Origin: Octopus sinensis
Lineage: Eukaryota
Reading direction: 5' to 3'
Assembly: GCF_006345805.1 (NCBI RefSeq)
Contig: NC_043000.1
Span: 92,690,001 to 92,754,000, forward strand
DNA: 64,000 bases
The notes under the pieces are model-generated. The model had not been told where the DNA came from, did not search any database, and saw only the letters and a list, made by a program, of their open reading frames with translations. The position numbers and the translations under genes were made by a program. This document shows, piece by piece, positions 24,621-37,989 of the stretch; position 1 is the stretch's first letter, and each line of letters starts with the position of its first letter.

Positions 24621-24855
24621 CAGGGTTGGACAAAAGTCACCCGACAGTAAATCAAAATTCCATGAATACTTAATATTCAATTTTATCTATTTATTCCAAT
24701 TATGAATGTTTAATAATTGAACACTGAGTTAAAATCACCATCTTTTTTCAACATTTGTCTATTTATTAGCGAAGTCTCATATAAAACAATTTTTTGTTTT
24801 AATCTTGGAATTAAATGCTTATGATTTACTGTCAGGTAACTTTTGACCAAACCTG
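24621..24855. mobile_element. Tc1-like MITE
   Basis: About 34-bp imperfect TIRs cagggttggacaaaagtcacccgacagtaaatca / tgatttactgtcaggtaacttttgaccaaacctg; TA on the left flank. Confidence 0.85.
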
Positions 24856-25081
24856 CATATCACCATTGTAATGAATCTGTTTTATAATGTATGCAATTTC
24901 ACAATAAGGTTATTCAGATTAGTTTTTAAAATCAAATGGAACTGTACAGTTCGTGGAGTATTAAAACAGATTAATATAAGGTATTTTATATAACAGTATA
25001 GGAATTTCAGATTTAAAGTATAAAAGATAAAGTAAGATTAAATGATTAGCAGTTACGCTATTATACAGTTTTGATGGATTG

Positions 25082-25089
25082 GTATATAT

Positions 25090-25185
<96 letters not shown>

Positions 25186-25212
25186 ATTATATATATATAT
25201 ATATATATATGC

Positions 25213-25261
<49 letters not shown>

Positions 25262-25277
25262 TATATATCTATATGTA

Positions 25278-25313
<36 letters not shown>

Positions 25314-25337
25314 TATATATTATATATATATATATGG

Positions 25338-25374
<37 letters not shown>

Positions 25375-25397
25375 ATATATATGTATGTATATATATG

Positions 25398-25446
<49 letters not shown>

Positions 25447-25448
25447 CA
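25082..25448. repeat. (TA)n microsatellite
   Basis: Seen directly. Confidence 0.95.
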
Positions 25449-26096
25449 CTTTTTATTTTTGTTTAGACATAAATTCTTCATAGTATCCTATCTCAGAACA
25501 CACAATGATGCTAACCTGAAAAATGTTTTTTTAAAAGATTACAGAAATCACCAATATACTTTATTACATTATTTTATGTTGATTAAATTTATTTTAAATA
25601 ATCGAATAAAGATATACTGCATTAACCATTTTATTACTATACTTCTTTTAGATTCAGAGTCATTTTTCAGTTAAGGTAAAAATAATAAAGAATTTAGTTA
25701 AATAATGTTATTCTTATGTGATTGTAAGATACAAATGAGGTTGCTCTTTCTTCAAGACACTCTTTCTTCAAGATGCAATTGGCAACAGTATATCCGACTG
25801 TTGGGTCACAGGAACTGGTAAAACTTAATAGTCAAATTGTCATGTGCACTCTACCCAAATTTCTGGCCAGAAAGAACTATCCCCCTTAAAATCGTTTCCA
25901 AAAACACATCTGTCCCACTCAACATACAGTGACGAAGAAGACTGTTTGAACATGCCACTTCTTGATGTGATATCACTTTCCCCTCACTTCTGGTCCCTCG
26001 TCTACATCAGCTCTTCATTCCCCCACACCTTAACAAATGGTTGTTTTGAGCATAGATGATCATGAAATTTTGATAGAATTTTTTACTTTAGACCAC

Positions 26097-26655
26097 TTTA
26101 ACCATTTTGTTTCTCCTTTTGTTACCATTGTTGTTGTTTGTTCCTTCTTAAGCCATGCCTGGCTCATAGGGCCGGTTTCCCGGTTTCCTTGGCATGTAGG
26201 TTCCCCACCTGGACAGGACACCAGTCCATCGCAGGTGAGCTGCAAGATGCAGGAAGAAAGAGTGAGAGAAAGTTGTGGTAAAAGAGACAGCAGAAGTTTG
26301 CCATTAGCTTCTGCTGGATCCACGTGGAGCTTAGGTGTTTCGCTCATAAACACACACATCACCCGGTCTGAGATTTGAACCCGTGATCCTTTGATCACGA
26401 GTCCGCTGCTCTAATCACTAGACCATGTGCCTCCACTTTTGTTACCATGTTTCAGTTAAAACACATTGTATTTTTTCAATTAATTTTGAAAATAAGGAAT
26501 AATTTTGTAAAATAACTTTATAATTATTAAGACGATGCTTCAAGCAAAGCAACACGAAATTTGAATAGATATTCTTAATTGAATTAACTTTAAAGATAGA
26601 AGTCAGTATCATAGAGCCAGAGATGGTCTCAGGCAGGTTGGAACCTAAAGGTTAA
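26097..26655 (-). mobile_element. TTAA-flanked MITE-like element (related to 33462-33690), interrupted by a SINE
   Basis: ttaaccatttt...aaaggttaa ends; internal homology to the reverse complement of 33462-33690 (ttttcaattaatttt...aaaataactta). Confidence 0.5.
26129..26435 (-). mobile_element. tRNA-derived SINE, family C, full length with TSD
   Basis: 13-bp TSD cttttgttaccat (26116-26128 and 26436-26448); minus-strand head tggaggcacatggtctagtg...gggttcaaatctc; (AAC)n tail. Confidence 0.9.
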
Positions 26656-27008
26656 GGCAAGTCTTTTACAGCATCTTCTGTGATAGAGAATTCCATTAAA
26701 TATTTTGCACCTAAACAATTGATCTTAAGTTTGATCTAATGCCCTTTGTCTAACTTTATCCTGTAAAACTGTAAAAGTTTGTTCCCACCAAGTCTATATA
26801 CATGATTACAGATATTGAATTTAGTGTGATGTTCAATGTACAACATTTAATACTTAAAAATTTCTATATTCAAATATTGCCAAATCAATTTCATCATTTA
26901 TTCCTTCAAGATTAATAAATTACAAACCAATACCAGGCAGATTCACTTGACTGGTGCCTATTCTATATTATATTAATAACATGTGAAACCAATATTATAT
27001 GAAACTTT

Positions 27009-27915
27009 AAGGCACCAAGTTGGCAGAATTGTTAGTATGTTGAGCAAAATACTTCCTGACATTTTGTCTATCTTTACATTCTGAGTTCAAGTTCTACCTT
27101 GGTTGACTTTGGTTTTTATCCTTTAGGTGGTCAATAAAACAAGTACCAGTTGATGTAATTGACTTAACCCCACTCCCAAAATTGCTGATCTTGTGCCAGA
27201 AATTTTTGGGGTAGCTAAGTCAATCATATTGACCACAGTGTTTAACTAACACTTATTTTGTTTGTTCCTTCTTGAGCCACGCCTGGCTCATAGGGCTGGT
27301 TGCCCAGTTTCCTTGGCATATCGGTTCCCCACCTGGACAGGACTCTGGCCCGTCGCAGGTGAGCTGCAAGATGCAGGAGGAAAGAGTGAGAAAAAGTTGT
27401 GGCTAAAGAGTCAGCAGAAGTTTGCCATTACCTTCTGCTGGAGCCACATGGAGCTTAGGTGTTTTCTCATAAACACACACATCGCCGGTCCCTCGACTGC
27501 AAGTCCGTTGCTCTAACCACTAGGCCATGTGCCTCCTAAATGTTCCTTCTCAAGCCATGCCAGGCTCATAAGGGCCAGTTTCCTGGTTTCAGTGGCATAG
27601 AAATTCCTCAGCTGGACGGGACGCCAGTCCATCACAGGATTACTCATTTTTGCCAGCTGAGTGGACTGGAGCAACGTCAAAAATGAAGTGTTATGCTCAA
27701 GAACACAATACGTCACCCGGTCCAGGAATTGAAACCACAACCATACGATCATGAGTTCAACACCCTAACCACTAAGGAACGTGCCTCCACAGCACTTATT
27801 TTATCAACCCCTAAACGATGAAAAGCAAAGTCAAGCTCAACAGAATTTGAACAGAAAAATAAAGATTGACAAAATGTCACAAAGCATTTCACCCAGCATT
27901 GTAATGAGTCTGTGA
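27009..27915. mobile_element. SINE nest: family B (+, 27009-27205), family B (-) split by families C (27260-27537) and D (27540-27790)
   Basis: Homology to the other copies; cacttatttt is duplicated at about 27250 and 27794. Confidence 0.75.
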
Positions 27916-28568
27916 GCTCACTGCTTTCCATGATCTGTAATATTTATACCACTAATAATCAGTTTATACTGTTGCAGATCAATGCCTGGAGGAAAGAGAT
28001 GAGCCAGGAAAAGATTAGAGGGAAAGGATGGGTATGATTGCTGTAGGGCTAAAGAAGTTAAGAACACCAAGAATGATAAGAGGTTGCAACAGGAATGGGT
28101 TGAGAGAAAAGGAACAACATGATTGTGGGTCAGAGATTGGAGTATGTCCATGAATGACTGAATTCAAATCAGTCAAGTAGACCTGCTCTGGATGTAGTTC
28201 AGGATGTCTGTTGACATAACAGCAGCAGCAGCACTCTAAGCTCTTTTTTTGCTGTTCATAATCAATGTCATTGCATTCTCATCATCTCTAAATTTACTGA
28301 CTACTTCTACGTCCTTGCCCAGTGAGCTGAATATGTTATGCTGAAGAGATCAAATAAGACTGAAGCAAACCCTTTTATTTTCCCAAAAAGATTTTGTGTT
28401 GACATTAACAACAGATTTATCACCCTTGCTTTGTGTTTTTAAATTTCAAACATTCCTAGTGAGACTTTTTGCCTACTTATTGCATGAATAATAGCACTGA
28501 AGCAATTTTTTCACCTCAATACATGATATATGTGAGACTTTACTACATTACAAAAATATATCACGCAC

Positions 28569-28980
28569 CTCTTTTACTCTTTTACTTGTTTCAGTCATTT
28601 CACTGAGGCCATTCTGGAGTACTACCTTTAGTCGAGCAAATCGACCCCAGGACTTATTCTTTGGAAGCCTAATACTTATTCTATCGATCTCTTTTGCCAA
28701 ACTGCTAAATTACAGGACGTAAACACACCACCATCGGTTGTCAAGTGATGTTGGGGGACAAACAAAGACACACAAACAAATACACACACGTACATATACA
28801 CATACATATATATGACGGGCTTCTTTCAATTTCTGTCTACGAAATCCACTCACAAGGCATTAGTCAACCCGAGGCTGTAGTAGAAGACACTTGCCCAAGG
28901 TGCCACGCAGTGGGATTGAACCCCCCAGAACCATGTGGTTGGTAAGCAAGCATCTTACCACACAGCCACTCCTGCACCTA
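28569..28980 (-). mobile_element. SINE family A copy
   Basis: Full unit including the head cacagccactcctgcacctat. Confidence 0.9.
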
Positions 28981-29694
28981 TATAAAAAAAAAAATAAAAT
29001 GGCTCCTTCCAACATATTTTTGCAGTCTCACCCCAGAAACATGTAATTCTTCCAAACACTCTATTTCACCCCCTTCACTCTAAACATTACAGATTCTGTG
29101 TAAGGAATAGATAATGTTGATACAAAAAATAATGAATGATATAAGACCAAGGAAGAGAAAACAATTGCAGATTGTTATGTTTATCTTTTATGGTATGTAA
29201 GACAAAGGAGAAGGGCATGATCTAGAAGGCTGCTGAATGGAGTGGGGACAAGGCTGCAGGGGTGGGGAACTGGACAAATATTCTAGTTATGGAATTATGG
29301 GTCGGTAAGAACAAGGGACTTGTGAGCTTGAGTTGTAAAGTGAGTGAAAGGTGGGATGGTGTGGGTAGACTGAGTGTATTTATCAACCTACAAACCCCAC
29401 CCCAATCCCGACTTCCTCTGTTCTGTGTTGTTATCAAACCTTGCCCCCCCCACCTCTACCCAACTAAGCCTCAGCCCCTAAGTCTTACCTCCCTCTAAGA
29501 CTTGCTCCTCCCAAGCCCCCTCTCCTTGGGCTCACCTATGCCAAGTCTCTCCCACCTCCCCACAGGCCTCACTATATTGCCCCACCACCACCACCACCCT
29601 ACCCCACCCTCCAAATCTCAACCCGTCCCCCCACCCGAGATAACCTACTTGAAGCAAGTGATACAGACACTGGGTATCTATTGACTTCTTACTC

Positions 29695-29936
29695 AATACT
29701 ACTGCTACTACTGCCACCATTACTACCTTCACTACTACCACCACTACCACCACCACTACTACTACTACTACCACTACTACAACCACTACTACTACTACTG
29801 TCACCTCCACTACTATTACCACTGCCACTACTACAACCACCATCACCACCACCACCACCACCACCATCACCTCCACTACCACTACCACCACTGCCACCAC
29901 CACCACCACCACCACCACCACACCACCACCACCACC

Positions 29937-29970
<34 letters not shown>

Positions 29971-30016
29971 ATACTAATACTACTACTACTGCTACTGCTG
30001 CTGCTGCTGCTGCTGC
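29695..30016. repeat. (CAC)/(TAC)/(GCT)n compound trinucleotide microsatellite
   Basis: Seen directly. Confidence 0.95.
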
Positions 30017-30460
30017 CCCAAGTTTGGAGGTGGAGGAGGTGTTACATTCACTTGGATATTGAGAAAGGTTGCCACCAGAAGGGGGTAATCTAGTGAAAAA
30101 GTGTCGGGTACTGGGTGAAAGGATGAATAAAATATGGATATTGACCAAGTTTAGAGAACTAAAATAATATTTATTAATGATGTATTACATACTTCACACA
30201 CATACACACACACGCACACACGCACACACACACATGCACACAGATATACATATGTGCACACACATACATACATAGACCCATGCAGACACACACAATGCAC
30301 ACCCATTTAGATAGAAAATTTTTGCTTTTGACTTAGTTCTCCAATAAAGTGTTTATAAACTTTCCTTGCTTCACTATCTCTCTATCAAAAGTTACAATAT
30401 ATTCTGAAGTGTTTCCACATATACACACATTGCCACATGCATATATGTATGTGAGTGTAC

Positions 30461-30491
<31 letters not shown>

Positions 30492-30682
30492 AATAATATG
30501 TTTCCAGAGACCAATAAACAGTAACATCGTCCTTGTATAGGACTGCCACATTATGTTGGCAAATAATCTTTTACCATATATGTATATATACTTATCCATA
30601 TTTCCGTATGTATATATATATATATATATAATATATATATATATATGCATATATATATATATATATGTACATATGTATAGAT

Positions 30683-30732
<50 letters not shown>

Positions 30733-31039
30733 GCATACATACACACACATAATTTATATATGATAGTCATCTTTCTGTTTCTGTCTACCAAATTCAGTCA
30801 TAAGACTTTGATCAGCCCAGAGTTATAGTAAACACATGCCAAGGGTGTGGCACAATGGCACTGAGCTCCAAACCATATGGACCAAAGTGAATTTCTAAAC
30901 CACACAGCCATGTCAAAGTCTCAGACTATTCTGTCAAATGTAATAGTTATTAATTTACATTGTTTGAATTAATCCTACATCATATTGTAGCTTAAAGATT
31001 TTCATGATGTGATACTTTAGTTTTATAATGACATAGTAA

Positions 31040-31372
31040 GCATGGCTCAGTGGTTTGAGCATTGGGCTAACAATCCTGAGGTGGTGAGTTTGATTCCCAG
31101 ACTGAGCTGTGTGTTGTGTTCTTGAGCAAGTCACTTTATTTCATGTTCTCCAGTTCGCTCAGCTGTAGAAATGAGTTGCGACGTCACTGGTGCCAAGCTG
31201 TATTGGCCCTTGCTTTCCTTTGGATTAGATCTGTAGTGCAGAGAGATTGGGGGCTGGTAAACATGGGAAACTGCTGGTCTTCTATGAATAACTCTGCCCA
31301 GACTTGTACCTCGGAGAGGAACTTTCTAGGTGGTATCCCATGGTCATTCATGACCGAAATTGGTCTTTACCC
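31040..31372 (+). mobile_element. tRNA-derived SINE (homologous to the minus copy at 63430-63735)
   Basis: gcatggctcagtggtttgagc...gagtttgattccc head; body tgagttgcgacgtcactggtgccaagctg...ctgctggtcttc. Confidence 0.8.
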
Positions 31373-32764
31373 TAGGGCAAGAGAGAGGGAGAGGCTAGGT
31401 ATGGCCAGTTTGAACATGAAACAGGTAGAATATTTTGGCCAGGTATGGCTTGATTAAATGCTAAAGGGATGACAAAATTTAATCTGCTGCAAGCTGGGTC
31501 CTATTCCACTATGCAGCATTCTCAGCACATGACTTCTTCCAGAATTTAAGTTGACCCAAACTGTGTAAGCAATCCTGAGCAGATGGAAACTGTGTGGAAT
31601 CCTACCAAGGGAACAATAACCTGTTTCTAGCTGGTTGATGGCCAGCTTAGTTTGTTACCCACTGCCTAGTTTAATATCACCATAAATTAGATTTTTGGGG
31701 TATGCTTAATGGAAACCATTCTATTGCAAATGTATTGACCAGTTCTCCACTCTGGGGTTAACTTGATCAAATTGCACCGCTGCTTACTGCCCTGTTCTTC
31801 CTTGGCTTATCTTAGGCTCCCAACTTCTGGTAGAGTGATGAGGATAAAGTTGGTACATATGTTATGTCATGGGAACTTGTGAACGTGGAAGAGGCCCTAC
31901 TCCCTCTCTCTCTATGTCTAAACATACCTTTACCCTCAGAAAGAAAGAAAGAAAGAGAAAGAAAGAAAGAGAAAGAAAGAAAGAAAGATGAAAATGCAAA
32001 ACAGGTTGAGAATGAAAGAAAAGGTAGGAAAGAAAGAAAGAGGAAGTGTACTGGGCTGGTACTTTATTGACCCTAGAAGAATGAAAGACAATGTTGGAAC
32101 AGGCAGGATTTGAACTCAAAATGCAGAGAGTTAAAATGAATAGTACAAAGTACTGTACCCATTGTTCTAGTGACACCACAAACTCTTTATTACAGTAAAC
32201 CCATGAGTCATGCTTTACTTCTTCGTTTTTCTTCATCCACCTCCACCACCACCACCACACAGCAATCTCAGTGGAGAGGCAAAAGGGTCAGGAAGGGTAC
32301 TACCCTTCCTCTTCTGAATTAGTCATACAATTAAAAAAGAAAAAAAAGGAGAGAAAAGAATAGTTGAAATATTACTTGAGTTCACTTTGTTTTTTTTGGG
32401 GTTTTTTCATCTGTCGAAATCATTTAAATACATACCAATTAAGTATTGGGTTTTGACAAACTTATGTAAACCCATTCATTAGAAATCTCTGGCCTTGTTT
32501 CAGTGTAAAAAAAAATTAATATTTTTACTATACCACACTGCAGATATAAGCTATTTTTGTTTAATAAATTATCGATAGGGAATTAGGTGCAGGCCGTGGC
32601 AGTGTGGCTGTGAAGTTTACTTGTCAACAATGTGGTGGTTAGGTCCAGTGACACTGCAACAGCTCTCTGGACAAATGCCTCCTACAGTAGCTCTGAGCTG
32701 TTAATGCCTTGTGAATGAATTTAGTTGGTAGGTGAAAACCAGTAACCAAATAAGACCTACTATA

Positions 32765-32950
32765 AATACATAAGTTCCCAGACTAGTCATGTTTAATAAA
32801 AAATAACTGATTTACTTAAGTTTTAACATCATTTCCTTTGAAATAGTCACTTTGAACAGCAATATGGTGATCCCAGCATTCCTGCCACTTTTGGAATTTG
32901 GCCTGGAAATCACTTTCCGTAATCGAGTTGAGGAACTTCTGCAATTCATT
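32765..32950 (-). pseudogene. Mariner transposase C-terminus plus end of element
   Basis: Minus-strand FQKWQECWDHHIAVQSDYFKG (the W..RW..CI...GDYFEG pattern). Confidence 0.7.
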
Positions 32951-33461
32951 CCGGTCACATCGCATGCACAACTTTTACGTGAACTTGTCTGTTCTTTTTT
33001 CTATATATTGCAATTAAAATAAATAGGGATACGCAATTGATTCCATTGCTACAGGGTTACAGTTGATGTTGTTACCCTTTCTCATACGTCCTGCTGTCGG
33101 ATGTGCTTCCATTATAGTGAGATAGAGATTCGCACTTTATGGCTATTTTATCCTTGTTCCTATGTTCCTATACCTGTGTTTACAAAATAAGCAAATTACA
33201 AAACTTGACAGACGTTTTAGGGTAGGTATGAGAGGCAAAATCTGGCCAGTTTGAACATAAAGAAAGTAGAATATTTTGGTTGGATATGGCTAGTGTGAAT
33301 GCTAAAGGGTCAATGCAGCATCTCTAGAAAGAGATTTTCTCTCAAAAGAAAATCCACAGAAACATGCCTATCCACCATGTATACAAATTAAGTATGATAC
33401 GTAAACAGGTACCAGCACATATTTATATATTGTGAAGCAGTTACTCACCATTGATGACATT

Positions 33462-33690
33462 TAACACTTTCAATATCAACCTGACTGAAACCACCTATGA
33501 CTCTATAGTACAAATGTCTTGTTTTCATAAGTTTTGAATTAAAATCTTCCACCAAACCTTAGTCACAATTTATGTCCCTAACACTAGCTTAATGATAGCT
33601 AAGTTATTTTACTAAATTCTTTATTATATTTAAAATTAATTGAAAGAAACACAGAGCATCTCAAAATAAATACAGTAATGAAGCGGTTAA
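33462..33690. mobile_element. TTAA-flanked (piggyBac-like) MITE
   Basis: ttaacactttc...gaagcggttaa degenerate TIRs with TTAA at both ends. Confidence 0.55.
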
Positions 33691-34035
33691 ATAGAATGGT
33701 TAAAATTCAAATGTTTGATAGTAATGTCTCCCCCAGTTGCATTAGTTATGCCTAATATAAACAAGCAGGAATGCATGCCAAAATTGCTTTACCCTGAAGA
33801 TGAGGCTATGGAAGTCTAGAATTTGCACATAAGGTACTGTGTTATTTCAGACAAATTGCAAGGAATTTATAAAACATTATTAAAAAAGTAACTTGAAAAA
33901 TTAATGTGTAAACACAGTTGTGGATGCAATAATAAAATATACATATACATACATAGAAATATATATATGAGATTATATGCATGAAGTTATCTAGATGCAT
34001 GGTATATATGCATTTATACACACAATGTATGTATA

Positions 34036-34086
<51 letters not shown>

Positions 34087-34412
34087 ATATATTTGTGTGT
34101 GTGTATGTGTATACATATATATATGCATGTATGTATATACACATATATTTGTATACATATACACATAAATTGTATAGTCACACTAACATACACTCACATG
34201 TAAATTTTTTGTGTGTTATAGTATGTTTGCGTATACATATGCATGCAAGCATAAATATACATACACACACACATACACACTCACATGAACTTGTATATAA
34301 ATGTACACACACACACACACACACTCACACATATACATACATTCATTGATTCACATAAATGCATGCATATATACGTACAACACATACACATATACATACT
34401 TACATGCATACA

Positions 34413-34448
<36 letters not shown>

Positions 34449-35045
34449 CATAGAAACACACACAAAAATTCTTCATACATATAAAATATACCACGCCAAT
34501 ATATTACAATGAGTATTATACACACACTAATACATTCTCACACAATTTTTCTCAGGAACAGTATTGTTTTTTGTTGTTATTGTTTTTTCCCATCTTTTTA
34601 CATTTCAACCTTTTATTTATTACAAGATTTCCTACTAGTACTTGAAACAACTACAATTCTAAAGTTTAAAATGTAATGCCCATAGCAAACTTTGAACTCA
34701 TGAAATATGGACTCAATTAGTCACACGAACATTCTAAATTTCTATAGCAATGCAAATAATACAAATGCAACCGACAATGATATTGCTATCAATTGAATAA
34801 ATCTACTTCAACCATGCTAACTGCTTCAAATGAACACACACACACATATATATATACATATAAATATATATATGTATATGTATGTGTATATATATAAATA
34901 TACATATGTATATGTATGTGTATATATATAAATATATATATACATATATACACATATGTGTGTCTGTACATGTATATATATGTATGTGTATGTATATGCA
35001 TATATATATGTATATGTATGTATTTATATATATATATATATATAT

Positions 35046-35391
35046 ATACTAAGCAATAAAGGGTTTAGCAACGAATTGCCTTACCACATACCGAATTTAG
35101 AAATAGCAGTCAAAGAGTTATAGTTATTTCTTCTACTAAAAAGGGAGATCTCAGTAAAAACAGCAATTGCTGTTTTTACTGAGATCTCCCTTTTTAGTAG
35201 AAGAAATAACTATAACTCTTTGACTGCTATTTCTAAATTCGGTATGTGGTAAGGCAATTCGTTGCTAAACCCTTATTGCTTAGTATTACTTAAATTTTCC
35301 TCGAATGAGGCTTTTACATGCCGAAGACTACTTGGTGTAATTGATAATTATTCCAAATTAATTAATTTCACCCTTCATTATTACGGATAAC
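35046..35391 (+). mobile_element. 241-bp spacer-less palindrome plus a 105-bp unique tail inside (TA)n; probable truncated, inverted PLE end
   Basis: 35046-35166 is the reverse complement of 35167-35286 (one indel), centre cagcaa|ttgctg; the tail resembles the ends of the 21408 and 63137 elements. Confidence 0.7.
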
Positions 35392-35402
35392 TATATATAT
35401 AT

Positions 35403-35433
<31 letters not shown>

Positions 35434-35525
35434 GCATGTTTATATACATGTTTATATGTGTATACATATATATATGTATATATATATATATATGTAAATA
35501 TATATATATATGTATATGTATATAC

Positions 35526-35557
<32 letters not shown>

Positions 35558-35579
35558 TATATATATATATATATGTGTG

Positions 35580-35657
<78 letters not shown>

Positions 35658-36415
35658 TATATATGTATATATATATATCTACATATATATATGCATGTGT
35701 ATATTTATGTATGTATGTGTAGGCATAGCTTTCTGGTTTAGAAATTTGCTTTACAACCACTTCGTTTTCAATACTACCTGACCATGTACCATGGAATGTG
35801 GACGATTATATTCAACTGTAGTTCTAGGTGGAGCAGTGCCCTTTTGAATGAATGTGACTGAATGAAACTGCAAAACCCTACTGTATAAGTATAAGCGTGT
35901 GTATTTGCACATGTGTATGTCTATTTGTACACATGAGTGTGTGTGTGTATAATAATAATAATAATAATAATAATATGAGGGGATATTATTCCAAACTTAC
36001 AGGGAAAAATTCAATTTAGAAATACTAAATCAAATTTCACAAAATATAATAAACATATATATATATATATATATATAAATTAGTAAAAAAACACCTTTTA
36101 TCAATTCAATAATGAAAAATTAAATTATACCATTTAGAAAAATTACGTATTATAGAAAGATTAAATATAAGATAAAACATATAACGATGATTAAGTAATG
36201 TGCAAAATAAATAAAACGTATGGGCAAATGTGTGTATATCACATACCATACAACAAAATTTCTCACTTTATTAAAATCATCTCTGTCTCTAAAGGGAATG
36301 GCAATGAAGCCCAGTCCCACTTGCGAAAGAGAGAGAATTTCAAGATTCAAGATATCTCAAATGTTGACATGCCATTAACAAATAGGACGTGCATATTGGT
36401 TAGAAAAGAAGGACA

Positions 36416-36460
36416 GTCATAGCCATTTGTTTCTGCTTTAAGAAACATCATCAGCATGTC
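36416..36460 (-). ncRNA. Degenerate hammerhead-ribozyme motif
   Basis: Minus strand gacatg-CTGATGA-tgttt-ctta-aagca-GAAAC-aaat-ggc-tatgac: intact CUGAUGA and GAAA, stems I and II pair, cleavage triplet is GGC instead of GUH. Confidence 0.55.
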
Positions 36461-37278
36461 AATTGTCCAGTCTTATCTTCAGTTGCCAAAGAGACTTAGA
36501 CTTATACAAAAAGAATAGAAAACATTTATGGCCTAAGTAATTTGCATAATTTAAACAAAATGGGCTATGAGAAATAACTCTGAGTAGCCATTGGTATATT
36601 TAAGATCAGCATTGACAAATGCAGGTATGTCAGATACCATACAGCATAAATTCTTGGTTTAGTCTGTTTATCAATTAAGAAAGGCTCTATATGGTAAGGG
36701 GAGATAATCTTAAGATTCAAGAATCCTGCAAAGTTAACATCCTACTGAGGTAAATGACGGGTTTATTGTCATGCACAGTGAACCTATCTCAACTTCATTG
36801 CAGAATGAAATGATTGTATCATAGTGTGTTTCTATACTCATTCTGTTATATCATAAATGATTACACATGAGCTCATGAATTTTCTTCTTTCAGTGCCAGA
36901 TTTAAAAATTATGCAACACTAATTTCAAAAGATTTCATGTGTGTTCCATCTACTTGTTAATTTGGAGTTTATAATTTTTTTTTTGAGGATTTATAGAATA
37001 ATTTGTAATTTTTTTTTGTGTGTGTGGGGAGAATTAATAGAATTGTAGCAATATAAACTATTGCTCTTCTTCCTATTTGTGTTGTATTACAAAATTACAA
37101 AGCGTTGTCATGGCTCCTTGTTTTATATTCATGGTAAAACAACTGGAATATGTAGCACTTTTATAAAGTAGCAGATGGATTTACCAGTAAAAAGACCGGT
37201 GTTGAAGGATGAAAAATCACCAGCATTTACATCAGCTTTTGCAACCCAAAGCAAAATGCATGAAAATATGTCAATCTA

Positions 37279-37687
37279 TACTCTTACTCTTTTTACTTGT
37301 TTCAGTCATTTGAATGTAGCCATGCTCTGGGCACCACCTTTAGTCGAGCACTTTGATCCCAGGACTTATTCTTTCTAAGCCTAGTACTTATTCTATCGGT
37401 CTCTTTTGCCAAACCGCTAAGTTACGGGTACGTAAACACTCCAGCATCAGTTGTCAAGTGATGTTGGAGGGACAAGCACAGATACACAAACATACACACA
37501 CACACATATATATATATATATACATATATACGACGGGTTTCTTTCAGTTTCCGTCTACCAAATCCACTCACAAGGCTTTGGTCGGCCCGAGGCTATAGTA
37601 AAAGACACTTGCCCAAGGTGCCACGCAGTGGGACTGAACCAGGAACCATGTGGTTGGTAAGCAAGCTACTTACCACACAGCCAGTCC
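37279..37687 (-). mobile_element. SINE family A copy
   Basis: Full unit. Confidence 0.9.
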
Positions 37688-37989
37688 TTACCATGAAAAA
37701 TGGACGTGGGATGGTTAGGAAGCTAATTTATTCAGTGTCAACATTACAGACAAATAAATAAATAAGTGAAATATTTATTTTAAACGATCATAATCAGACA
37801 TCGTTGTGTCTTTCATGCATGTTGGAAAGTTAAGCTGTCTGCAATGTACACGAGGATACATACACTAACCCTGATTGATAAGTGAAGTGTTGCACATGTC
37901 CATTGCATGTGTATTTCACATGATTTTTCCCTGCGTTGCTTTGTTGTCTGTCTCTGCTATATTATTCTTATCATTATTATGATTATTAG

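Noticed and set aside
26360-26435. tRNA genes at SINE heads (also about 15218, 28900, 31040, 54125)
   Set aside because: A and B boxes are present but there is no complete cloverleaf; each continues into a SINE body and tail, one with a TSD.
35297-35332. gaatgag-gc-ttttacat-gc-cgaa as a hammerhead core
   Set aside because: It lacks CUGA and GAAA and has no stem I or III.
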